Positions 51,975-64,000 of a DNA stretch of 64,000 bases are shown in pieces (position 1 is the first letter of the stretch; each line of letters opens with the position of its first letter). Both the position numbers and the translations under genes were made by a program. Under the pieces are notes generated by a model. The model worked only from the letters and a program-made list of their open reading frames with translations, ran no database searches and was not told the DNA's origin. The DNA comes from Selaginella moellendorffii (lineage: Eukaryota > Plantae > Lycopodiophyta). The DNA lies in contig NW_003314327.1 of the NCBI RefSeq assembly GCF_000143415.4, positions 520,775-584,774 on the forward strand, in the 5' to 3' direction.

Positions 51975-54900
51975 AGGTTTTAGTCCCAACTCACTAGGGC
52001 GTGGTGATGGTTTAGAATATTATGACACTCATTTTTCAATAGTTATGGACTCTCAGTAAGGAGGCTAGCTTTAGCGCACCGCCAAACGAGGGATGTATGA
52101 TGTAAAGTTAAATTGCTTAGTGTGAAAGTTTGGTATATCTAACTTGAATACTTTGGTGCAAGTGGCACCAAAGACATGGTGAATGAACAAGGACACCTAA
52201 TTTTAATAGCTATAGATCTTTGGTTGGAAGGGTTGACTTGGGCACACCACCAAGTGTGGGGGAAACCCCCAGAGTTGTAATTAACAACTTAGAGATTTGG
52301 TGGACTTAGTGTTTATTGGTAAACCCATTAAGCTATCTATGTGGGATTACTAAGTGATTCCATAGCTAATAATCAAGGACAAGCTCCTTGGTGAGTTAAA
52401 TTCAAAGTAATGATTTGAACAAATAATATGGTATAACTTGGTTAATTTGACCAAGTGGGAAAGACATTTAAGAGAAATGGGCTATGAAATACAATGGTAT
52501 TAAAAGTCCAAGAAAAATAGTTTTTAAAGAAAGACCTATAGGAGAGTCACAAGGTTGGGTTAAGGATAGAGCCCACAGCAAAAAATGTTTAAAAAACTTA
52601 CTAGGGATAAACACCCTATAAACTTAGCAAAACAAAACATTTGTTATAGAACTGAAAGGATATTTTAAGGATGGAAGTAGTGATTCTATACTGATTGGTG
52701 CAACACTCAAAGAATAAAAGTGAAAGACTAGTGGTTGAGAAAAGGCCTTGGAAATCTAGATTATAAGTTAGACAAGGAACTATTATGTGGTAGATGCTAA
52801 TGGATTATGGGAAAGGAAATATGTTTCTAAGGATGGATTTCTCAAATGCTCCAATATGGCAAAGATGAAAGCTCCAAAAGATAAAGCAGCGAAATAGCCA
52901 AATAATAGAGCCATAGACAGCCCTATTATAATTCATGAATAAGTGGAATTTAATGCCTAGGGTGGCATGGAATAAAAGAAAGGACGATGGTGCCCTCAAG
53001 TGAAAAACTTTTAGGATGGGGAAATAAAGTTTGCACAACATATGCAATGCAAGGTGTTGGAGATATTGAGAAAAGTGCCTTGAGAAATCAATATCAAAGT
53101 TCCAAAGTATGATAATTATATTGAAAGAGGCTAAGACTACTCCAGAATGAGTAATAAAATTGAGATAGAGAAGGTGTCTTTAATGGGTTTAATTAGAGCT
53201 AAACAAACAAAGGAGGAGAAGCGACACAAATGATATTATGAGTCTCTAAGATGGAGAGACTATAGGCAAGGTATAGTGAGCCTTTAAATGTGAACCATCG
53301 ATGAATATGGGCTTGGTGCTAAAGATGAAAAATAGTATCCCATATGGGGTTATATTATAAAAGGTTTATCATTGATGAAGATATGAACTTCATCTATGGG
53401 GGGTGGAGTTGTAAAACAAAAATCCCTAAGCCCAAAAGTGGAGTCGAAAGTATGCTATATGGCAGTGGTCGAAATAAAAGTCTAACAAGTGTAACACGTT
53501 GGGACTAAAAGCTTTAATTTGGAAAGTTAGGAGCAGGAGTGGAACTCCAAACAAAAGGCTCGAGGAATGAATATGAAATGATTGATGAATGAGTCTCTAG
53601 AAAGGGAGACAAAAAAGATTGATATATAGTAGGTGTCGTGATATGTGGAAGTGTTAGAGTTTGAGAGACTGATTCTGAGTCCAAGTCTGAGTCCAAGTCT
53701 GTGTTCAAGTCTGAGTCCAAGTTCATGTCCGAGTCCAAGTCTGAGTCTGAGTCTTAGTCTAAGTCCAAGTCCGAGTTCGAGTCTAAGTCTTTGGTGTAAA
53801 TAACCAAAGAGAATGATTTAAGAGACAATCCATGGGGTTCAAATATAGAGGGAAAGGGCCCATGAATAAACCTTTTTCCAATCGGTTAAGGGTTTTGGGA
53901 TACTTAAAGTTAAGTGTTCTTGGGTTTAAATAATCCAAATTTAGAATTAAAGGAGGGATATTGAGGAAGGGTGTTTCCATGTCTCTAAGCTGTAAGTGAT
54001 TAATTTTTCCATTCTACTTTAGTCACTTAACTACACCTCTAACCACTTGGAGGAGTTTCACTCACAAACCTCCATAAGTTCTATTCCGGACTTGGGCTTG
54101 CTAGCCCCAAGAATGGCATCCCCGCCACTCAACCTTTGCACTTGGCCCAAGTGCTTCACGTGTTCAATCCCATGACCGACACCCCAAGGTACCATCGACA
54201 TATCAGCCTGTTATGCTAAAGCCATGCCCCTTTACCTTGGTCACACCAGTGTTCTAACACCACCTGCATCACAGTCCCGTCTCTCAAAGATTGGGCCATC
54301 CATCCATGAGTGATCATCCCAGATCCACTCCTTAGCATCCTTAGGGTGCCTGCAGGCATGGGAAATAGCCTTCCCCAACATCCTTTTTCTAGTCCCCACC
54401 AAGTCCCTTCTGTCCATGGCCGTGTTCGCCAACACTACCACTGGATTAAGGCCCATAGGCCTAACCACTAAGTCCCATGGTTCTCTGGGACTTCTTCCTC
54501 ACATGACCATATCCTTGGTCTTTACACCAGAAGACTGCTCTTCTTCCTTTCCATAGTCTGGGACTTTGGGATAACATTTCAGAACACTGTGGCCCTACGC
54601 AGGCTTTATGGGTACTCTCCCTGCCTTCTGCCTTTGGGTGCTCTAGCCATGGGCTTAAAGCAAGGTTTCGTTGAGCCATGCCAGGTATCCAAGTAGGTAG
54701 TGCCACCCATGCTTGGACTGAGAGCATCGACCATTTGATCTCCTGGGGGAACTAGAGCTGGCTCTTGAACACTTCACCAAATTACTTCACTTGTCGGTTT
54801 GTATTCACTCTAGCCTTAGACTTCCCAGTGGTCAGCTCATCACCCAACACTTGAGTACTCAGCCTTCTTGGGCCAAATTGGCCTGTCTTAGCCAAATTAA

Positions 54901-55840
54901 CTCCACTGGGCTCCAACCCCCATTCTCCCTACTATACTTTTGAAACCCCTACAGTCCCCCCCCCCCCTTTGGGGGATGATCACTTTGGGCTTTTGGGCTT
55001 TCACCCAATTGCCTGTATTAGTATTCGGACTCGAACTCGGACTCGAACTCAGACTCAGACTCGGACTCGGTCTCGGTCTTGATCTCAGTCCCAGTTCCAT
55101 CTCAGACTCCATCTCGAACTCCATCTTGGACTTCATTTCAGGTCCATCTCAGGTCCATTTAAGGCTCCATCTTGAACTCCATCTCGAGTCCATCTCGAGT
55201 CCATCTCGAGTCCATCTCGGACTCCATCTCGGGTCCATCTCGTACTCCATCTTGGGTCCATCTCGGACTCCATCTCGGGTCCCTTTTCTAGAGACTCACT
55301 TATTGCGTGCTTCATGCTCGTTTCTCAAGCACTTCATTGGGAGTTCCACTCTTGCTCTTGACTTTTCAAGTCGGAGCTTTTGGTCCAAATATATTACTTT
55401 CGTTTGGCCTTCGCTTCGGCCACTACCACGTGGCACCCTTTTGGCTCCACTTTGGGGCTTAGGGATTTGTGTCTCACACAAGCATTCTAAGGATGTTAAG
55501 GTGTGGTCATAGGATAACCACTCATAAATGGATGGCCCAATCTTTGAGAAACAAGACTATAGTATGGGTGGTTTTAGACTATCTATAAGACAAATGTGAA
55601 TGGACATAGTCTTAGCATAATGAGCTAATATGTCAGTAGTACCTTTGGGTGTTTATTGGAGGATCGGATATATGGAGCATTTGGACCAAGTGTAAAGGTT
55701 GAGGAGTATAGATGCCATTCACATAAGCAGCATATCCCCAAGTCGGAAATAAGACTTATGAAGGTTGTGTGTGAGACTCCTCTAAGTGGTCAAAAGTGTG
55801 GTTAAGTGACTAAGTAGAATGGAGAATTTAGTTCGTTACA
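51975..55840 (+). mobile_element. Old family X/L2 copy: internal region, PPT and 3' LTR (53410-55840), interrupted by a solo LTR
   Basis: Matches 1640-3280 and 5630-5988. Ends TTAGTTCGTTACA. Confidence 0.7.
53991..55478 (-). mobile_element. Complete solo L2 LTR with TSD TAAGC/CAAGC
   Basis: TGTAAG...CTCACA ends. The 5-bp flanks differ by one transition. Confidence 0.8.
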
Positions 55841-57359
55841 CTTGTATCAACCAATATGAAACAAATAATAGGAGACTTCTTATTATAAAAATGAATTTGG
55901 AAAGTAAATACTAGATAAACTAGTGCTGAGTGAACCCCTTGATAATACTCCCAAAAAAAAGATAAAAGGGCTACTAACTTATTTGCACAAGGACCCTTTA
56001 TTACTCACGTGACTCCTCATTTCCCAAAAACAATTTAGTGTCTAAACCTTCTACTATAGCAACATTAACAGGATATTGTTGATGCCAAGGTCTCCACCCA
56101 AAAAATAAAAGTCATTAATATGGAAAACATCAATAATATCGATAAGTGTAATTAACTTCATCACATACCTAGCAGTAGATATCACAACCACAACCACATT
56201 CTCACTTTTGTCCTTGAACTCAAATAACAATAACCTTAACCTCTATTGGAACAAGACTATTTCTCACAAGAACTAGAGTTAAAGGACGTGTAGTGAGAAG
56301 TGGAAGAAGCGACATCTCATAATATTATACCAAAAAAAGAGCATTGTCAAGGGTGGTTGGAGCAAGTGCATGCACAAGTCTTACAAAATTTTGATGAAGT
56401 GTTGCATAACATTCTAAACTTCATCTGCTTTGACATATTTGGCTTTGCAAGAAGCAAGAGGCTTTGGAAATAAATGCCAAATTGCATCACTAACTCAAAT
56501 GACCATTGACAAATACAATGCAATTATTAGAAGGCATCATCATAATCATCAACATGTCTAAATGTGCATTTGAAAATGTATAAAAGAATGCTTTAATAAG
56601 TATGAGTGGCTACTCTCAAACCATTATGCCACTATAACGCTATCCCTTAGAGACATATGGGAAACTCATGCAAATGTCGAGTATCATCCCAAGAATGATA
56701 TGTGGCAATTATATAAAGTGATCAAATTAATAGTATATATCATCCCTAAGATTCCCACAAAAGAACTTTGGCTGGGAATGCAACTATCAATTGAGTCTAA
56801 TTGTTCAATTATAACTACATAGCATCAAGCAATTGTACCAACTGCTACTCTAAAGTCAAAGAAGAAAGACATTGCTGCTATACCATGAAGATGAATGAAA
56901 AGAAAAAAGCAAAAAAGAAGAAATTAAAAAAGCTATAAGGAAAATAAGATCAAATAGAGCATAATATTTTATTTTGATTATTAGTTGATCCCATCACTTC
57001 TGTGAGTTTGTGACTAAAAAGTTATATTGATGTTATAGTAAATAAGCATGCCATTAAATCCTTACCATTTAATGCATCAATTACTTTCTAGAGAATCATC
57101 AAAAGTTAAATTTAAACCAAAATCCCAAATCAAAGCACTCCTTAGGGACAATTAAAGCTACCCCTCATCTCACCAATATGAGTGCAAATACATAAATGTT
57201 CATATCAATTAATCCAAAAACCTTAGTTTATCTACAAAAGCAAGTGGTCTAGATTGAAACCAATTCAATGGCTATCATATTAGTATACGGCATTATAGCC
57301 ATATACTTAGACTCACACACACACACACACACATAGATATATATAAACCACTGGTATAT

Positions 57360-57790
57360 TGAAATAGCGCCAAACTCCATTTAACTTCATTTTTACTTGT
57401 TAGTCTTGGCATTGGGATGTGCAAAGTTCTAGGATTGTTCCAAATTGCTTTATCAGTGTCCCAAGGCCCTGAAATTTAGATTCTACTCCACTGTCCTTAG
57501 ACATATGGCATATGGATGGTTTAAGTTGCACTTTTTGGTTATTCTATAGTAAATCACTATAGGATAAAGAGTGAAAACCACGTATACTATATTTGGTATT
57601 GGAGGCATAGGTTCAATTCTCATTGATTAGTGACTACTTAAAATATAATATACTCAAAATTTGTAGAGCATCCACAGACGAAAGTATCAACTATGGGACT
57701 GCAGTATGGGTGGATGACTAGTTGCTTCACATAAAATAGTTAATTTACATAATAGAAGGATTAGTACATTCAGTGCAGAAATTGAGGTGT
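57360..57790 (+). mobile_element. Decayed family Y LTR end, PBS and leader fragment
   Basis: Matches the reverse complement of 50570-51010. Confidence 0.55.
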
Positions 57791-59824
57791 TGGTTCCGCT
57801 TAGCTCAATAGGGGTTGTTAATTAATAGTCAATGAGCAATGAGGATATTGACATATTTAGGGGGTAAGTGTAGTGCATGTGATCATGGGATGAGATTTGG
57901 ATATATTATCATTGTAGATCCTTGGAACTTTAGGGGAAAAATGAGGATAAAATAGTCACTAAAAGCTCTCTTATTAAGCAATTGCCCTTTTTTTAGTTAA
58001 ATTAAGGGGAGAGAGATAAGGTCTGCTACATGTTCTCATTTTCCAAAATTGCAAGTGCTACATCCAATATATGAGCATGAGGGTGAGCACAAAGATGAGG
58101 ACATTAACCATAAGTGGTATGCATCACCACAATATTGCTCCAAGATTAGAGCTGTTGAATGAGGAATAAGGTTTGATAATGATGCTCTATTTATCGTTCT
58201 TGTAGTCAATTATCACAACAAATAGTAAAATCAATGGCAATTGTGAGAGATGTTAGATTTAGATAAGAAAGTATGAAATCTGTAACATTGCTATAAAGGC
58301 TAAGGTGGAAATGTTCCTTGAGGGTTATATTGTCCTATGAAATATCAATTGCAATTATCTAAAATTTATAATCAACCAAAAAAAACGATTTGAAAGATGA
58401 GTTCCATAGGAATAATGAGGCTAAGGACTTAATCTTAAAGGAATTCTCAAAGAGGCTTCCAAATTATAGGTTGGGGTTGGGGGTTAGTAGTCTTGGGTGG
58501 GAATAAGCATAGATATAAAGGATGTCAGGGAAGCCTTTCAAGGAAGTGCTTTAAGTGTAACTTTTACTTTTGAAAAAAACATTAATTATAATGTTTCTGA
58601 CTCAGATGGAGTGGTGCTTTACTTGAGTACCATACAGCTTATTAATTTTTACTCCTTCCTAAGGGGTTTGAGTCTTCCCTTTAGGGTAGAGGTGGGGGGT
58701 TAAAGTACCCATATTGACAATATTTCCCCTTGAGGTCCATTATGGTTAGCATATAGACAGAAAGGGATCAATATCAAAGTGTTCAAACTATTAAGAGCTT
58801 GTCATTAAGAGAAGGGGAGATGATGAAACTACTAAAATATTAAATAATGGAAAAGAAAGGATTTATGTTGAACACTCTAAGTCATCAAAACCTTACTTTT
58901 ATAAGGCTTTAGAAATTAATCTAATTCAACCCTCAGCTAATTCAAAAACCTAGGTCCATAGATGCCCAAGCAGATTTTGAGTTCAAATCCCATAAGTAGA
59001 GGTTTTGGGGTTTGATTAATATAATATTTAATGAATACATAGAGATGACAAATATGTGATAGCTAAAGCATTTATCATGTGGTGAGACAACATGGAAAAG
59101 GAAAGATAGCCAGAGATGAGTTATTGCAATGATGCAAGTTCATTGTTCCTCTTTATTTAATTTATTGATAATAATTAATAAAGATACCACTAGAGTATAT
59201 GAGTGTTATATATTTATATATATATCTATGTGTGTGTGTGTGAGAGAGAGAGATTCTGGAATACCATTTAGAAACTCTTGTAAACACATTTAGCATTCCA
59301 TCATTGTGAAAAGATCAAACCAATAAATAATTCAGATGTAAAAACATCTGGTATAAGGAATTTTTTTATGACTTATAAATATCTTTTTATAGATGTGTGT
59401 TGCTATAATAATAAAGATGCAAAACAATTACTGTTGATAACAGACAAAAACACAGAAGTAAAAACAAGAAGCTCAATCCATAAAACAAATATAAAAAATC
59501 TTAAACTATTCTGCACAAAATTGACACTAATTTAAGTGAGTGGTTTAGATTGAATTTAATCTGATGGCTTCTTGAATTAATTTATTTTTTAATTTGTTTT
59601 ACTGGAATTATATATAAAAAGAAATTTAATGCCTAGTATCAATTTTTAATTCATATGCTGTCTGCATTATAAATAATAATATTTTAAAAAAATTAAAATA
59701 TAAAAATTAGTATATTATTTTTTAATTGATAAAGTATTAAATTTAATACTTTCTAATAACTTATTTTAATTTTAATAGAATTCAATATTTATTATTCATA
59801 AATATTTTCCTTAATAGAATAAAA

Positions 59825-60721
59825 ATGAGGATTAAAGTCTTTATAGTTTTAGTTTTAATTTTGATTTACTTAGCTTCATATACTACATGTGTTAAAAAGA
59901 TTTATGAAGGATATAGAGAAGCAATTACAAAAGAATATAGACAAAATGTTATAATACCAATAATGAAAGAGCTTATTCAAGAAATTGGAAAAAGAAAAGA
60001 AATTTTTCTAGGATTTTCATTTTCAAAAGTTATACATGATGAACATCAAAGTCTAATTGTTACAGTAACTGCTTTTGATATACAGCAAAATCATAAATAT
60101 TATTTGATGCTTTGTAGTGTTATCCCAATTTTTTATATACCTAATTCAGGAAAATTTTTAGAAGATAATTTTAATTTTATACTGATAAATTATATTATAA
60201 ATGATTTTACAACTTATAGCTCTGTTGAATACACTATCATGCGATATTCGTTATCATATACTTTAGATTATAATTCTGATACTGATAAAAATATTTTACA
60301 TTACCATATATTTCCTAATTATAAATATTTTGGTTTAGCAGATTGTAATATTTACAAAACTTGCATTAAAAGTGGACCACATTATTCTTTTTTTTCAAGC
60401 CTTCAATCTGGTGAATTTCTCCAATCTCCAAATATGGTTTATAGTTTGATTATGCAACTTGATTGCAATTTGGTACTATATTTTAAAAAAAATAAAATTT
60501 GGGATACTAAAACTAATGGGAAAGGTATTAATTGTTTTCTTAGGATGCAAAAAGATGGAAATTTAGTTTTATATGATAAGAATTATATGGTTATATGGTC
60601 TTATAACTTATATTGGAAAAATATTTGGGTGACATTTTCATTGTGTGTAGTAAATGAGGGTTATATAATTGTTTATGATACAAAAACACAAAAATCTATA
60701 TGGAAATCTAAGAGGAACTAA
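59825..60721 (+). CDS. Intronless protein with N-terminal signal/anchor and a C-terminal bulb-type (GNA-like) mannose-binding lectin domain
   Basis: 298-aa open frame in very AT-rich DNA. Hydrophobic N-terminus. QLDCNLVLY and QKDGNLVLY match QxDxNxVxY; the third site is degenerate. Confidence 0.8.
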   Translation: MRIKVFIVLVLILIYLASYTTCVKKIYEGYREAITKEYRQNVIIPIMKELIQEIGKRKEIFLGFSFSKVIHDEHQSLIVTVTAFDIQQNHKYYLMLCSVIPIFYIPNSGKFLEDNFNFILINYIINDFTTYSSVEYTIMRYSLSYTLDYNSDTDKNILHYHIFPNYKYFGLADCNIYKTCIKSGPHYSFFSSLQSGEFLQSPNMVYSLIMQLDCNLVLYFKKNKIWDTKTNGKGINCFLRMQKDGNLVLYDKNYMVIWSYNLYWKNIWVTFSLCVVNEGYIIVYDTKTQKSIWKSKRN

Positions 60722-61208
60722 ATTTTTACCTTTAAATGCTAAAAGTATTGGACAAATGGTTTAACAAACAATTGAGTTCTCTCTTTTCTCATAACTTTTA
60801 TTTTAAAAAACTTAGTACTTTATATGTTTCCATATATTAAAAAAATTTGAAATCCTGATTGAAATAATTAGATTCCTGGGAAGAAAATACATTTGATCTT
60901 TCTCCCATTAAACCGACTAAACAAGAAACGAAAGATCCATCTTGTAATGTAAGAGATTGTTGTATTAAAGAGTCAAGCTCGATGCCACCAGACAAAAGAA
61001 AAACATGTTATGAATAAATGAATAATGAACCCTCAATATGTGAAGATTTTAATAATCTTGTAAATGATATGTTAATCTAAAGTTCATATTATCCTTATTG
61101 CCTTGGGAATTATTCCATGGTACCTTTTAATCACTCCCTCTTTGCTGTAGGAGTCAAAGTGCAGTTTTGACTTGGTTATGCAGTTATTTTATTAAACAAA
61201 AGCCCGGA

Positions 61209-63687
61209 TTAGTCGTACGGATTTCTGAATTTCTTGAGAAGGTTGGGAATGTCGTGGCCCAGCATGTCATCCACCGATTGAATCATCCTTGGCTTGAGCT
61301 TCTCAAATTTATCGAAGTTGTAGCCACTCAGCCTCTCTCTAAAGGCATCCACGTCCGGGAAGTCACCCGGAGGCAAGCGCTGTTCTCTTTGTACCTGGAT
61401 AGAACACAAGTCACATACGTATTCCCAAACGAGACTAAAAACTCGAACCTTTCTAAACTCTTCTTCCAAGTTATCCACCAGCCGCTGCTGAGCTTTAGTT
61501 TTTCCCATCATCGCCGGCATTTCCTTCTTCAGGTGGCCTACAATGTACGAGTGTATCTTGACTGCTCTCGCGCGTTTTACAAACTCGTTGATCTGACAAT
61601 GAAAAGTAAGCATCCGGCCGGATCAATTTGTGTTGTTTACCTTGCGGTCACAGGCTTTCCTTGGAATGTCTTTGAGGTCTGCCAGTAAGTCGTTTTGCTC
61701 CTTCTCAAACAGTTCTTTGCCAATAGGACCCAGTGCACGGTCGTTGATGGGCTTATCGTTGAAGGACCTGCAAAGAATCCCTCGTTACATCACAAGAGAA
61801 AGGAAGAGGAAAAACAAAAGAAGAAAAAGAAGATCTTGCGTACCCGATATAGACACGCATCACTTCGGGTGTGTTCAGTACTTTCCCGAGCGACCACATC
61901 AATGCTCCATACACCCTCATAAGCTGCAAGATGTGAAGTCAATCAAGGGATGAGAACAAATGCCTTACTTGTTGAGTATCGACTTGATCGGCTTTGTTAA
62001 GAACAACACGGATCTTATCGTCGTGTCCACGCAGGGATCCAATCACTCGTTTAAACTCGTCACTGATATCAAGCTTGTGGGGGTCGAAGAGCAGTAGTAT
62101 CAGGTCGCATTTGGCAGCAAACCATTCCGTAACGCCTGTAAAATCGTAGCTGCGTTGTGTTCTTTGCTTTTCTCCCGATAACACTCCGGGAGTATCAACA
62201 AAGCTAACGTGCTCCAGTAGCTGACAAGAGAAACCATTTTGACAATTGCAAGACTGATAATTAGACTTACCGGATGTGGCATCTGAGAACACTCAAACTT
62301 GGAGAGAAAAGCAGTTCCAAATTTCGTAAGGCCGCTAAATGGCATGTCCGCCTGCACAGCAATCGTGTTTCCTGGAACACTCCGTTCATCTGTTCCATCC
62401 TGGAAACATCCACAGTCAATTACGGATGTGGATGTTTTTATTACTCACCATAACAACGACGAAACGATCCGTCGTAGGCTCAGGTCCAATGTGAGCGCCT
62501 ATTTAAGAGTAAACGTAAGCATCTCCAAAGTGAATACATCAATACCACCGACCTGGATAGCTTGTTCTTAATAGATGCTTAATAAACGTTGTTTTCCCGG
62601 TGGAATATTGTCCAAGAAGCATCACCATGGGCTTGCAATCAAAGTCGCTTTCAGTCTGTAGAACGCAGACACTGTCAATCCTTTCATTGATTGAAAAACG
62701 TGCCACTTACCAATGTAGGAGACACAAAATCATGGAAGCGATACGTAACCTCCAAAGGTTTCAGCTTTTCCAGGTAAAGTTTCTTTAGACCATCAACCAC
62801 TGATGTTACTGACGTCGAAGGAATCTAAATTACACACTGGTTAAGTATGTAAAAAGCCTCGTCTTTGAAGAAAAAACACCTTTCTTGGTTGTTTTGTCGC
62901 AAACCACTGGGCCGTCTCTGCTTGTAGTTGTGGAGATGTGCCTGCGCAGCGAAGCTGTTATAATAGACAAGATAAAGGCGAAACGAAATATTTACCGTTG
63001 GTGAAGACGTCCCCAGTCGGAGGCGCTCTCTTTCTTGCCTACAAACAGTAAAATTCATGTCAGAGAAGGAAAAATCATAAACGAAGATGGAAGAAGATAG
63101 AAAACACACCAGTATCATTTGTTCCAAGCCTTCCATGTTGGGCGGACTAATCTCATCGACATCTGTCAAGCTAAAACAAAGATGATTCTGCCAGCGTGCA
63201 GGAAGAACAGCAGAAATTACCTCTATCTCTCAGCATGTCCGCGGATATTTCATTCCCGAGCTGTGCTAGTGCTATGATCTGTCCAGTGACACAACAGCGC
63301 ATAAAACCACCGACCATGACGTACAACTTAAAATTCTCCACTCACTTGCATCGCAGCAACGAATTCCTTGAATCCAAGAAAGCCTTGCCGCTTAGAATCC
63401 GCCACTGCCCAGACCTGGAAATAAGAACAAGAGTTTCGACCCAAATCCATGCCGCATTCCATACCTGCTTGAGATGCGACCGCGGCAGCTGCGAGAGCGA
63501 AAAGAATTTCACCGCATCGGCGCCGGTGATACGCCCATCCCCATCTGTGGCGAAAATTCCACCAAAATATCGATTACCGTGGGAGGTATCGAGCGAGCTC
63601 ACCTTCGTCCGCAAAATCAAACCACTGCTTGTACATTTGCTCGTCCTGCTTGGCATAGTGCACTGATCGCACAGACAGAATGTCCAT
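61209..63687 (-). CDS. EHD1: EH-domain-containing protein (EHD1/EHD2 family, dynamin-like ATPase), multi-exon
   Basis: Exon 1 MDILSV...YKQWFDFADE (63687-63603). DGDGRITGADAVKFF EF-hand. P-loop MLLGQYSTGKTT, then FVDTPGVLSGEKQR and VVLNKAD. C-terminus FRNPYD*. Short GT-AG introns. Paralogue number uncertain. Confidence 0.93.
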
Positions 63688-63808
63688 CGCGAGAAAGAGA
63701 GAAATAAGAGCCCTAAAGAGCTGAGCTTCTGGTAAACCCTAGATCATATAGCGCGTAAGTTTAAAGCCTTGTCACAGTTAAAATCACAGTTACACCAAAA
63801 TGAGGTTT

Positions 63809-64000
63809 TTACTCTTTACGTTGCTTCTTCTTCCTTGAGTCCGGGGCTGGAGCTTCTACTTCTTCGATCATCATCTTTTTCTTCTTCTTCTTTTTTTTCT
63901 CGGGCTCTTCTTCCAGAGCTGGATCTTCCTCTTGAGCTTTCCCCTTGGATTTCTTCTCCTTCTTGGAGCTCTTTTTCTCCTTGGCCGGCGCTTCTACTTC
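63809..64000 (-). CDS. 3' end of a gene with a Lys/Glu-rich tail (reminiscent of nucleolar NOP56/NOP58/CBF5 tails); partial
   Basis: Open frame EVEAPAKEKKSSKKEKKSKGK...EKKKKKKKKMMIEEVEAPAPDSRKKKQRKE* running off the window edge. Confidence 0.6.
   Translation of the reverse strand, partial: EVEAPAKEKKSSKKEKKSKGKAQEEDPALEEEPEKKKKKKKKMMIEEVEAPAPDSRKKKQRKE

Noticed and set aside
61167-63707. Plus-strand ORFs (173, 107 and 156 aa) and the ORF-track start at 63656
   Set aside because: Antisense or out-of-frame to the spliced EHD gene, whose first exon starts at 63687.

Overview
Repeat-dense plant genomic DNA. The ~45-60 nt introns and 121-bp intergenic gap suggest a compact-intron non-seed plant such as Selaginella (inference). 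Bases 1-33.7 kb and 48.1-58 kb are nested, decayed LTR retrotransposons: three distinct Ty3/gypsy pol types, three recurring LTR families, and two solo LTRs with 5-bp target-site duplications (TSDs). The main finding is a ~14.4-kb DNA transposon (33704-48131) bounded by 24-bp terminal inverted repeats (TIRs) and inserted into an LTR. It carries a ~940-codon Sola-like (DUF7869-type) DDD transposase on the minus strand. It also carries a divergent 17-exon cargo gene (~1,775 codons) that splices into one protein: ParB/Srx-like domain, a possible degenerate amino-methyltransferase fold, a low-complexity linker built from phase-1 micro-exons, and an FCP1/NIF HAD-phosphatase domain. About 35 copies of a 22-bp palindrome (ATGGCRTGNGGCCNCAYGCCAT) are spread across this element in introns, promoters and coding loops, and I saw no full copy outside it. 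This suggests a self-targeting protein-plus-binding-site system. This copy is dead, mostly through C>T/G>A-type lesions. The right end holds host genes: an AT-rich intronless bulb-type lectin gene, an EH-domain (EHD) gene and the K/E-rich 3' end of another gene. All domain assignments come from motif recognition by eye, not database searches.
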